IMG/VR virus record: IMGVR_UViG_3300027985_001833
Coordinates: 14,539 to 78,538 of that record
Direction: 5' to 3' (one strand)
DNA: 64,000 nt
Source: a virus
In this document: piece by piece, positions 1 to 8,585 of the stretch
Numbering within the stretch: the stretch's first letter is position 1
Layout of the letters: every line of letters begins with the position of its first letter
Program-made: the position numbers and the translations under genes
Notes under the pieces: model-generated
What the model saw: the letters and a program-made list of their open reading frames with translations, nothing else
Told to the model about the DNA's origin: nothing
Databases searched by the model: none

Positions 1-485
1 GCAAAATCACCTGTTTCACAATATCCTAAATTCCACACTTTTGCCGTCTCACGTTCAATTTTTCTGTCTGCGAGATATTTTGGGAATCTCCAATTTTTAC
101 CATCCCAAATTTTTTTCATTTTCTTTGGCAAATCGCACTCAACTCGGCATTTATTTTCAAACTCTTGTTCTTTTCCGCCAATTTTTTTTATTACATCCAA
201 AAGTGTTAAGGGCGTTTTACGCCTACGAAATTTCACAATTTTAGTCAGAAGAAATGAACGCGCCTCTTGCCAAGTAATTTGCTCAATTTCTGCTATCAAT
301 CCTATTGCACGCCTGCCTCGAAAATTACATTTGAAACAAATATAATTTCCTGTTTTCATGTCGACATAAAAAGCGCCCCAACGATCACAAACAGGACAAA
401 CCGCTGTGATTTGCTTAGAGCCAGTCACTGATGCTCCATTCAAATTATTTTTACAATACGATACGATATCAAAATCACCCAGCAC
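1..485 (-). CDS. DNA primase, N-terminal part (Zn-binding domain); runs off left edge
   Basis: Manual translation, not in ORF track: GTG at 485, open to position 1; MLGDFDIVSY...CPVC..FYVDMKTGNYICFKC...KYLADRKIERETAKVWNLGYCETGDF; Cys4 zinc ribbon plus YL..R.I...LGY; lies downstream of DnaB. Confidence 0.8.
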   Translation of the reverse strand, partial: MLGDFDIVSYCKNNLNGASVTGSKQITAVCPVCDRWGAFYVDMKTGNYICFKCNFRGRRAIGLIAEIEQITWQEARSFLLTKIVKFRRRKTPLTLLDVIKKIGGKEQEFENKCRVECDLPKKMKKIWDGKNWRFPKYLADRKIERETAKVWNLGYCETGDF

Positions 486-657
486 TATTCCACCCGATTG
501 ATTGGCTACACCAATGTTTCACATCAGCATAACAATCATAACATAATTTAACGCCGCATCTATCGCATACATACAACGCAATATTTGATTCCAAATTACC
601 ACAACAATTACATTCAAATACATCGTCATTATTTTTAATCATATTGCAATCACACAT
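475..657 (-). CDS. small Cys-rich zinc-finger protein
   Basis: CNCC, CDRC and CYDC motifs; RBS-like GGAGG upstream. Confidence 0.55.
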   Translation of the reverse strand: MCDCNMIKNNDDVFECNCCGNLESNIALYVCDRCGVKLCYDCYADVKHWCSQSIGWNSAG

Positions 658-663
658 ACTTTG

Positions 664-1011
664 TCATTCCTCCAACTTAGCGCCTTTTTTCAAATTACAA
701 ACCGAACAAGTTAATTGTAAATTATCCATATCATATAGATTCCCGCCTTTTGATATGGGGCATATATGATCAACATGATAGCCATTACGGGCTCTCTCGT
801 TTAATTCACATCCACAAATCTTACAAACTCCTCCATCACGCTTGAAAACACGCTTACGTATCTTGCCCCAATCTGTTTTATCCAAAAAAATTTTAACACA
901 TACATCCGAACAAAATGTGCGCCTTCTTTTAGGCAGGTCACCTTTGCAAAATCTACATTTGCCTTTAATATATGGATAAACAATTTTACTATCAAACCTA
1001 TTACACGCCAT
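664..1011 (-). CDS. HNH endonuclease
   Basis: RDGGVCKICG...HVDHICPISKGG...NLQLTCSVCNLKKG; N-terminal CRFC...FCS zinc motif. Confidence 0.92.
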   Translation of the reverse strand: MACNRFDSKIVYPYIKGKCRFCKGDLPKRRRTFCSDVCVKIFLDKTDWGKIRKRVFKRDGGVCKICGCELNERARNGYHVDHICPISKGGNLYDMDNLQLTCSVCNLKKGAKLEE

Positions 1012-1130
1012 CCAACTCCTCCTCTCGGCCCAAACCGATTAAAGAAATAAATTCACATGATTACCATTATTTAGTTCATATTTTTATCATCAATTAAGCA
1101 CTTTATTCTATCTGTGAATTCCGCAACTCA

Positions 1131-2501
1131 TTATTGCAGTTCACGTATAAGCATTTTTGAAAAATCTGCATCCATGGGAACAACGACACGGGCTTCTCCG
1201 TCGCGGTATTTCGCCAAAAAAAGCTCACGATACTTGCTAGTTGACGAAATGACGCCCAACATTTTGTCATTTTCATCTTCTTCATCATCGTCCAATTCCA
1301 CCTTGGTGCTTCTTGTATTTTTTTTAGGATCATTGATTGAAATAACCGTGTCGGCCAAACGTGATTTATCGTACGACTCAGATGCAGATTCCGCCGTAGC
1401 AACAAGCTCTGCCCATTCTCTGCCTGCATGCGTGCTACTCCACACTACGTATCCATCTGATTCAGCAAGCGCCTTTAAATCACGATATACAGCTGCTTGA
1501 GACAAACGATACGATTCATACTTCCCCACGGCGCTCATGTGATCGCCTGAATCCATCATTATGGCCGTTGGTCGAAACTTGTGATTGTGCCAAAGATCAT
1601 CCAAAATTCCTTTCAAGATATTAATATTACAAGCCCCAACCGGCATGGAAACAATTTTAAACAAATTTTTCCACATCTTCTGTGCCTTTTTCCGTCTATT
1701 CTCAATTTCTCTTAATTCACTTGGCGAAAAATCAAATGATTTGAATTTTCGATATTCCATCTCAAGCCAACGAGAATCTTGTCTCATAGCAATCTGTCGA
1801 GCAGGCATTTCAAGCGCCACATACAACGTTGGAAATCTGTTTCTAACCGAGTTGAACGCAAAGTTACTAAGTAGAGCAGATTTGCCCATCCCGGTAGTCC
1901 CGATGATCAAACCCAACTCGCCCACCTCAGCACCGCCAGACATGATGGAATCAAATCGCTTCACCCCGGTCGGAATCTTGATGAACTCATCGGGATTCCG
2001 TCTCTTATGCTCCCTTTCCCGTTGCCGTTCCTCAAAATCCTCAATCCAATGAATAAGTGAATAATCACTAGCCCGGCTATCAGCTTTCACCAACCGGTTC
2101 AATGCAGCATATGTTTTCTCAACATCCCCAGACTCCAACGCTTCAGCCGCTGCCTCCATCGCCAGTTGCGCGTTGACCGCCCTGACAAATTTTTCAAGTT
2201 CGTCCAAAGTGGCTCGTGCCGCTGTTGGTTTCTTCCTGAACAACCTTTGGGCCAACTCCAAGGGTGCAATTTGATCCTCTGTATCGATGTATTCGCTCTT
2301 GATTTTCGCTGCCATCAAAACAGGAGTCACTTGTTCTCTGTATTTATCCCATACCCCTTTAATTGTTTTCCACACAAAAGAATGTTGCGGCGTACTAAAA
2401 TGATGCGCATCGAGAATCCTGGACGCTTGTTGTAAATAAGACGCGTCCTGCAGCGTTTTCGCAAGCACTTCATCTTCAAAACGTTGATCAAATGCCATCA
2501 A
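1131..2501 (-). CDS. dnaB: DnaB-like replicative DNA helicase
   Basis: IPTG..FD...GG...GELGLIIGTTGMGKS Walker A, YVALEM, Walker B MMD, C-terminal LAKYRDG. Confidence 0.93.
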   Translation of the reverse strand: MMAFDQRFEDEVLAKTLQDASYLQQASRILDAHHFSTPQHSFVWKTIKGVWDKYREQVTPVLMAAKIKSEYIDTEDQIAPLELAQRLFRKKPTAARATLDELEKFVRAVNAQLAMEAAAEALESGDVEKTYAALNRLVKADSRASDYSLIHWIEDFEERQREREHKRRNPDEFIKIPTGVKRFDSIMSGGAEVGELGLIIGTTGMGKSALLSNFAFNSVRNRFPTLYVALEMPARQIAMRQDSRWLEMEYRKFKSFDFSPSELREIENRRKKAQKMWKNLFKIVSMPVGACNINILKGILDDLWHNHKFRPTAIMMDSGDHMSAVGKYESYRLSQAAVYRDLKALAESDGYVVWSSTHAGREWAELVATAESASESYDKSRLADTVISINDPKKNTRSTKVELDDDEEDENDKMLGVISSTSKYRELFLAKYRDGEARVVVPMDADFSKMLIRELQ

Positions 2502-3211
2502 TACCCCATCTCTTTTGACATCCTAGTTCCCAATTCCAGCCTAAAATCACCAGGAGATAATTGCACGATTTTCGATTTGCCCGCCATCATAGAGCCTACG
2601 GTTGAACCATAAGCACTTTTCAACCCATCTATCGATAAATTCGTGGCAATCAATACCGGTCCATTTTCATCATATCTTTTTCTAAGTATTCGCTCAATCT
2701 GCGTATCAGTATACGTTCGTTCTCTGCTTTTTCTTTTTTCCTTGCCCAGTTCGTCTACGAATAAAAAATCGCTCGTAAGCATCCATTCCAACTGCTTCTT
2801 GATTTCAACATCATCGAATCCAGCTTTTATATTATATTCCAAATCCAGCACATTCGTGTAATATGCCGTCCTTCCACATTGAATTGCGACATTCAAGATG
2901 TATGAACCAAAAAACGATTTACCACACCCGTTATCGCCTGTAAGCACCAATCCATATCCACGTTTCAAGGCCAAGTTTATTGAATTTGCATATTTTACGA
3001 TGATTTTTTTAAACACGCCCCTATTGTATTTCACCATTTCGCCCCGTGTGATTACAAAATCACGTGGCAAACAAGCCGTGTATTGTTGGACGGCAATATT
3101 AAATTTAATATTGCAATCGCACCTTGAATTCGCGCCGCCGCATTGACAACTCAACAGATACTTTTCTCTTGCTGCCCTCTCAAACGTAGCGATATCATTA
3201 ATTGTTCGCAT
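2498..3211 (-). CDS. DnaC/IstB-like helicase loader ATPase
   Basis: GLVLTGDNGCGKS Walker A, FLFVDELGKE Walker B, RY...P.LIATNL; N-terminal CxC..CxC; overlaps dnaB start. Confidence 0.88.
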   Translation of the reverse strand: MRTINDIATFERAAREKYLLSCQCGGANSRCDCNIKFNIAVQQYTACLPRDFVITRGEMVKYNRGVFKKIIVKYANSINLALKRGYGLVLTGDNGCGKSFFGSYILNVAIQCGRTAYYTNVLDLEYNIKAGFDDVEIKKQLEWMLTSDFLFVDELGKEKRKSRERTYTDTQIERILRKRYDENGPVLIATNLSIDGLKSAYGSTVGSMMAGKSKIVQLSPGDFRLELGTRMSKEMGY

Positions 3212-3357
3212 CTCTAACCTTTGTTATTCCATCAATCAGTATACGCCAATATTACGCCTTGATCATTTTCGATCAAAATCACATTTTGCATCTGCTTCTG
3301 TTAACTCTATTTCCATATCAACACTTAGAGATATGAAATAATCAATCGCTAATATCA

Positions 3358-4170
3358 TTAATTACACAAATCCTTATATAGAGTTTTGGCTAGATACTTA
3401 GCCGCTTCAATAATTTTGTCATCGATAAAAACATCGCACCCCGATGCCAAAGCCCTGGCTGCTATTTGAACTGATAACAACTCTCTGTCATTGAATCCGA
3501 AATCGCCGTGCCTTGATTTCGAAAGTCTTGGTCTAATTCTGGGGTCCAATTTATTCAATTGAGAATAATCACTTCCAAATATGTTTTCAATCACATCTTC
3601 AGCCGGTCGCTCAATTTCATTATCATCAGCTTCAGCCGCAGTGATGATAGCGTATTCACTAGTCAAGAAAGATAGTGGTGGAATTTTCATCCTTGCTCCA
3701 TCATATAAATTAAAGACCCTATTGTGCCAATATTGAAACAACTCAATAGGCAATAATTTTCGCTCTAAACAGGTTATAACAGCAGACACGATACGTTTTT
3801 TGTCACCTTCCCTAACGGTGAATTTACGCACTCTTTCGCTTGATTCGCCATTGGCCCTCATAATTGCCTTCCTGTATCGCGTGTATAAACGAATAAATTC
3901 TGAACGAAATTTTTTTGTGATTTTTTCTTCGCAATCTTTATCTAATTTGATTATTAGCAATATTTTTTCGCGTTGATTATCATCCAATTCAAACGAAATA
4001 ACCGGGTTGCCGCGCTTGTCTAAATCTTGCCAAGGCAACGCAGGATTACAACTAATTTTACTCCCGCCTCTTTTTTTGCGTTCGGCCCAACCCTTTTTCA
4101 ACGCCTCACTTTTACATTTTTTGTTATCATTTCGCGTTTGCAACATTGCCTGTAAATTGATCTTGGCCAT
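3358..4170 (-). CDS. hypothetical protein in replication module (possible initiator/organiser)
   Basis: 270-aa basic ORF upstream of the loader; no motif recognised. Confidence 0.5.
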   Translation of the reverse strand: MAKINLQAMLQTRNDNKKCKSEALKKGWAERKKRGGSKISCNPALPWQDLDKRGNPVISFELDDNQREKILLIIKLDKDCEEKITKKFRSEFIRLYTRYRKAIMRANGESSERVRKFTVREGDKKRIVSAVITCLERKLLPIELFQYWHNRVFNLYDGARMKIPPLSFLTSEYAIITAAEADDNEIERPAEDVIENIFGSDYSQLNKLDPRIRPRLSKSRHGDFGFNDRELLSVQIAARALASGCDVFIDDKIIEAAKYLAKTLYKDLCN

Positions 4171-4196
4171 TTTACACTAAACTTTCTTTTTATCAA

Positions 4197-4312
4197 GGGG
4201 GGGATTATGGGGGGGATTAATTTTTCTTTTATACCCTTAACTCTAAAGCTTATATTTTTAATTACAGACCTTCTTTTGCACATACTATTTCCCCTTACGG
4301 GGAAAATAGTAT
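4197..4312. repeat. G7-ATTA(T/A) tandem repeat plus imperfect hairpin; possible origin element
   Basis: GGGGGGGATTAT GGGGGGGATTAA at 4197-4220; ATACTATTTCCCC-TTAC-GGGGAAAATAGTAT at 4282-4312. Confidence 0.4.
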
Positions 4313-4399
4313 ATACAAAAGAAGGAAAAATTGAGAAATCACAATTTTTCTTGTATTTTTTTTCACATATTTTTTTCTGGATGAAAATCAATTTATTTT

Positions 4400-4681
4400 T
4401 TACAACCTTACAAATCTATTGAAACCAATTATAGCTGCTCTTTTAATCAAAACAACAGTTGTTTTTTTGCCCAATCCATTGTTTTTACATTCAACGTAAT
4501 TCAACAACTCCAATTCGCGAAGCATTTTATTACAAGTTGATAACGGAATTCCAATTGCGGCAGCTACATTGGCGCGACCAATCAATTGATGATCTCTTAA
4601 CATCATCAATCTAATCCAAACCGCAAAAACGTTTCCACCCAATTCTTCAAATGCATCTTCAATTTTGATGTAATTCGTCAT
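4400..4681 (-). CDS. winged HTH DNA-binding protein
   Basis: GRANVAAAIGIPLSTCNKMLRELELLNYVE HTH plus wing. Confidence 0.75.
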   Translation of the reverse strand: MTNYIKIEDAFEELGGNVFAVWIRLMMLRDHQLIGRANVAAAIGIPLSTCNKMLRELELLNYVECKNNGLGKKTTVVLIKRAAIIGFNRFVRL

Positions 4682-6114
4682 ATTGTTTTCACCTTCAAAA
4701 TAAATGATGCCTCGGATTTGTAAATGTTCAACCTTCCTTTGGAGTGCTGGGCAAAATAGTGGTTGGTCATGTCCATAAAATCTATGAAAATGGCTTGTCG
4801 TTTGTTCTCGTGCGTCGTAAGATTTCTCATTCGTTGTTTTGTTGCCTTGACATCTGCGCCGCCTTCAGCGTTGATAACGCACACAATCTCAGGTATGTCA
4901 ACGCCTTCGCCAAAAACTGTTCCAACTATTACATTGACTTCGCCATCCTTGAAGCTTTGAATCTTTTCCCTTCTCTCGACCACGGTATTTTTTCCAGTTA
5001 TCTTCCAATGGTCTATATTCATTTTACCAAGCAACTCTGATATTTTTTGAACTTGATTCAATCGATTGGTGACGATAAGAACATTATCACCGGCGTCCAG
5101 TCTTTCCATTGTGATCTTGGCAATCATCAAATTCCTCACGGGATTTTGATATATACATTCATTTGCCAATTCACCACTCCACGAATAACCAAACATATCT
5201 GGGGATTCTACTTTGTACAATTGAACGATTGGTTGTTGTAAATAGCCTTGATCAATCAACGTTGAAGGCGAGATTTTATACAATATGTCGCCGCATACCG
5301 CCCTTAGCCAGATGACTCCCAATTCGTTTTGTTTATCATCCTCGAATTCGACTGTTGCGGATAGGCCAATGATGTGTGGCGCATCCATGTCGAACGCTAA
5401 ATCTTGCCATGAGTCTGCTACTAGGTGATGTGTTTCATCGAATATCAATAGCGGATACTGCTTTTTCATCGTTTTGTATCTAGGATCATTTTTCTTTTTC
5501 GCTCTTGCCAATGATTGAACTGTCGCGACCGTGATGTTATGTTCGTACCAATGCGAATCTCCAATCATCCCAACATCAGTCATCAAAACATTTTCAAGGG
5601 ATTCTTTCGTTTGATGCAAAAGCAATTGGCTGGGAACCACGAAAAGGGCTTTTGACCTTAACTTTCGAATGATGCCAGCCGCAGTTATGGTCTTTCCACT
5701 ACGGATGGGCATTACCAATATGCCCCTGGCCTTTGGTTTTGTTCTTTTTTTAGATGTTGTTGCGGCGTTGATTGCTTCTACCTGATATGGTCTAAGCTTT
5801 ATTTTATCATTCCAACCATAGGATTTTTTTTGTAATTTTTTCGGTTTGGTTTTGAGATTTTTTATCTTATATTCCACTTCATCTTTTTCAAATAGACGAA
5901 TGATGTCTTGTAACAAACCGGATGGACATCTGTATCCGTGCTTGTTACTGAATTTCAAAAGTCGTTTTCTGCCATCCCAAAAGCCCTTTTTAAAAGATTT
6001 GGTGAATTGACAGCCGGCAACTTTGTAGCTAGTAACGGAATTGATGTTTCTAATGAGACTTCTGGATGCGCCCTTAATTGTTACAAAATTATTTTTTAAA
6101 ATTAGCGTTACCAT
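4678..6114 (-). CDS. superfamily 2 DEAD/DEAH-box helicase (UvsW/XPB-like)
   Basis: LRPYQ Q-motif, MPIRSGKT, DETHH, GLSAT, GEGVDIP, QRMR. Confidence 0.93.
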   Translation of the reverse strand: MVTLILKNNFVTIKGASRSLIRNINSVTSYKVAGCQFTKSFKKGFWDGRKRLLKFSNKHGYRCPSGLLQDIIRLFEKDEVEYKIKNLKTKPKKLQKKSYGWNDKIKLRPYQVEAINAATTSKKRTKPKARGILVMPIRSGKTITAAGIIRKLRSKALFVVPSQLLLHQTKESLENVLMTDVGMIGDSHWYEHNITVATVQSLARAKKKNDPRYKTMKKQYPLLIFDETHHLVADSWQDLAFDMDAPHIIGLSATVEFEDDKQNELGVIWLRAVCGDILYKISPSTLIDQGYLQQPIVQLYKVESPDMFGYSWSGELANECIYQNPVRNLMIAKITMERLDAGDNVLIVTNRLNQVQKISELLGKMNIDHWKITGKNTVVERREKIQSFKDGEVNVIVGTVFGEGVDIPEIVCVINAEGGADVKATKQRMRNLTTHENKRQAIFIDFMDMTNHYFAQHSKGRLNIYKSEASFILKVKTI

Positions 6115-6164
6115 AACGTATTATACGTGTTGTAAATTATAGTATATGAATTTTTTTAAAATTA

Positions 6165-6644
6165 TTAGTGAATTATTATGAATATGGATAAAATGATTGC
6201 CTCTATTCCCGCCAAGGTCCAAGGGACCCATTTATATTTATTTTTCTTTTCCATTTTTAAAATTTGGTCATTCCTTTTGTTATAAAGTTCTGAATAAAAA
6301 TCACTTTTTGATTTGTTGTTTAAAGCCATAGTTTTCCATGAATTTGCGTTTTTTTCTGAAAGAATTAATTCTTTTTTCAAACTTTTAATTTCTTGCTCCA
6401 AACTCAAGGAATATGACCATAGTAGGTGATAATCGATAATAATGTGGGACAATTGAACGGCACCATCTTTATCAAATCCCATGAATTTTTCACCAGAACA
6501 TGTTGTGATCAAAAGTGCTTCAGGTTCTGTGAGGCGATTGCTAGGTCTTTTTGCTTCTGTTTTTGTTGAAAACGTTGACAACATCGTTAATATCGTTAGC
6601 GTTATCAATATTGATGTGTTTTTCTTGATTTTTTTCAAATTCAT
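6165..6644 (-). CDS. exported coiled-coil protein with C-terminal membrane anchor (spanin-like partner?)
   Basis: N-terminal signal-like stretch, coiled coil, C-terminal WVPWTLAGIEAIILSIFIIIH; overlaps upstream gene by ~100 bp. Confidence 0.45.
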   Translation of the reverse strand: MNLKKIKKNTSILITLTILTMLSTFSTKTEAKRPSNRLTEPEALLITTCSGEKFMGFDKDGAVQLSHIIIDYHLLWSYSLSLEQEIKSLKKELILSEKNANSWKTMALNNKSKSDFYSELYNKRNDQILKMEKKNKYKWVPWTLAGIEAIILSIFIIIH

Positions 6645-6945
6645 GTTTTCTTTCCTTTTCGAGTTTATTTCTTTTTTGCTGTTCTATTTTTTTTAATTTT
6701 TCATTTTCTTTTATTTTTTTTGTCAATTCGTTTTCTTTTGTTTTATATTCGTTTTCGATGAAGGAAATAGCATCTCTTGTGGTTTCGTCATCGTGCATAG
6801 TAGAGACCATGGTAAAGGTTTTATTCAGCAGCAGCCATGCTCCTGACACGGCTATCAGTATTATAAGTGCAATCCACGCTATAGCCTTTTGCCATGATGA
6901 TAATTTTTTATACCACATTAAAATTGATGATGGAGTGAATTCCAT
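6541..6945 (-). CDS. putative i-spanin (Rz-like)
   Basis: single N-terminal TM (AIAWIALIILIAVSGAWLLL) then charged coiled coil; follows holin-like gene. Confidence 0.55.
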   Translation of the reverse strand: MEFTPSSILMWYKKLSSWQKAIAWIALIILIAVSGAWLLLNKTFTMVSTMHDDETTRDAISFIENEYKTKENELTKKIKENEKLKKIEQQKRNKLEKERKHEFEKNQEKHINIDNANDINDVVNVFNKNRSKKT

Positions 6946-6960
6946 TTTAACACCACTTTA

Positions 6961-7290
6961 TTATTCTGGAGTTGTGGATTGTTTTTTGCCTTCAAGTTTG
7001 GAAAGAAAAATTGGACCAAGTATTTTTCTGGATACATGTGCTGCTAAAGCAGATAATAATCCAAAAACAATTACAATCCCGATTTCACCATCTGGCCTAA
7101 TCCCTGGCACAAAGGCGCCGCCCATGCATAAAGCTAATGATAAAAATAGACCAAAATTTTTCCAAAATTTAGTCTTATTGAGACTGCTATCTTTGTATGG
7201 TAGTTTACCTGCAATTAACATAATGGTAATTACGCAACCGGCCAATTGGGCCATTTCCGTGGTTACTAGTGTGGATAATAAGCCTTCCAT
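6961..7290 (-). CDS. putative holin
   Basis: 109 aa, three hydrophobic segments, charged C-terminus; downstream of tail genes. Confidence 0.6.
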   Translation of the reverse strand: MEGLLSTLVTTEMAQLAGCVITIMLIAGKLPYKDSSLNKTKFWKNFGLFLSLALCMGGAFVPGIRPDGEIGIVIVFGLLSALAAHVSRKILGPIFLSKLEGKKQSTTPE

Positions 7291-7294
7291 TTGT

Positions 7295-7591
7295 TTACCT
7301 TTTCTCTTTTTCTGGATTTAATTCCATGTTTTTATTTGTCACCAATAAATTAATGATTGTATTTATGCCGCCATCAAGAGATATTAATTTTGTTTCTTTT
7401 TCTAAAATTAATGCCTTTAATTGTTTTAATTCTGTTTTTGTTTTTTCAAACAATTGAACGTTAACTAGCAACGATGGAACAACACTTTTTTCAAAATTAC
7501 TCGATGGTTGTTTTTTGCCTGAAATGATTTCATCGATATATTTTTTGATTTCTTTTTCATCCATTGTTACAAATTTTGCGGCGTCTTTCAT
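7295..7591 (-). CDS. hypothetical coiled-coil protein
   Basis: likely start ATG at 7591 overlapping the previous stop (ATGA); C-terminal coiled coil. Confidence 0.5.
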   Translation of the reverse strand: MKDAAKFVTMDEKEIKKYIDEIISGKKQPSSNFEKSVVPSLLVNVQLFEKTKTELKQLKALILEKETKLISLDGGINTIINLLVTNKNMELNPEKEKR

Positions 7592-7794
7592 ATTTTTTCG
7601 TGCTCTTTTATGAGGGAAACGGCTTCCATCCAAATGGTGTTTACGGATTTGTTCTCGTCCAATTCATCAAATTCTAATTTACAGGGATTTTCAAACATAT
7701 TACCATCTACAACACGATATTCGGCCCAAGCATTGTGTATGCCGCGAGAATCTCCTGTTACAACTATTCTGAATTTTTTTTGTAATTCTCTCAT
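7588..7794 (-). CDS. small tail-fibre-associated protein (paralog of 7804-8019)
   Basis: shares GD...AxYRxVxGN...S.N..W...IK..E.I with its neighbour. Confidence 0.55.
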   Translation of the reverse strand: MRELQKKFRIVVTGDSRGIHNAWAEYRVVDGNMFENPCKLEFDELDENKSVNTIWMEAVSLIKEHEKI

Positions 7795-7803
7795 GGTGCA
7801 CCT

Positions 7804-8019
7804 TTATTCAATCCCTTCGTTTGATTTTATTTGATTGTGAATATTTTTCCAAAATTCGTTTAAAGATGTTGATGTATCCGGATCGTCAATAACCACATTC
7901 AACACTTTGCTAACTGCATTGCCTGAAACTATACGGTATGTGGCGTACACCCTAGGCGGGTATGATTTTTTTGGATCGCCGCTCAAAAACAAAGTGACAT
8001 CTTTTAGTTTTTTACTCAT
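7804..8019 (-). CDS. small tail-fibre-associated protein (paralog of 7588-7794)
   Basis: same motif pattern; RBS GGAG. Confidence 0.55.
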   Translation of the reverse strand: MSKKLKDVTLFLSGDPKKSYPPRVYATYRIVSGNAVSKVLNVVIDDPDTSTSLNEFWKNIHNQIKSNEGIE

Positions 8020-8024
8020 TTCAA

Positions 8025-8585
8025 TTACTCCTGTTGTCGATAGGCCGACATTGGTATGTTTTTTGATTCTTCCAATATATTTGGCACAATATCAAAGTGA
8101 CACCAAATTTGATAACCATTTAATCTTGCTTTTTTAATCCACATTCTGTCTGGAGTCAACCAATCCCCTGTATATTGCAGCGGTACATTTCGAAATACAA
8201 CTGTTTTTATCAATGAACATCCCCAGCCGATACTAGCAGATTCTCTTGTGTCGGGCAATTTTTGTAATCCTTCACCATGACCTCTGCCTGTTAATAATAT
8301 ATCTTTATCGGACAATATCATTTTTATGAATTCGTTTGATTTTAAAATTACATCGGCATCCAATATCAATACGTGTGTGAAATTATTTGCTAATGCCCAA
8401 TCTATGCATTGGCTTATGGCTAAAAAATTGCTACCAAATTTGGAATCATGAAATTTCGTGGTGATAAAAAATTCCGTTTCGCATGGAGCCTTTAATAATT
8501 CACATATACCTTGTGAATATTCTTGGAAATATTTGGTTTTTTTAGGCCACCAAGCAGTTGCTATCAATATTTTATTTTCTTTCAT
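8025..8585 (-). CDS. GT-A fold (GT2-like) glycosyltransferase
   Basis: ILIAT start, FTHVLILDADV DxD motif, IGWGCSLIK..VF, G(Y)QIWCH. Confidence 0.75.
   Translation of the reverse strand: MKENKILIATAWWPKKTKYFQEYSQGICELLKAPCETEFFITTKFHDSKFGSNFLAISQCIDWALANNFTHVLILDADVILKSNEFIKMILSDKDILLTGRGHGEGLQKLPDTRESASIGWGCSLIKTVVFRNVPLQYTGDWLTPDRMWIKKARLNGYQIWCHFDIVPNILEESKNIPMSAYRQQE

Noticed and set aside
4098-4681. Programmed frameshift joining the HTH ORF to ORF 4098-4391
   Set aside because: The -1 frame has a stop just upstream, and there is no clear slippery heptamer in the short overlap.
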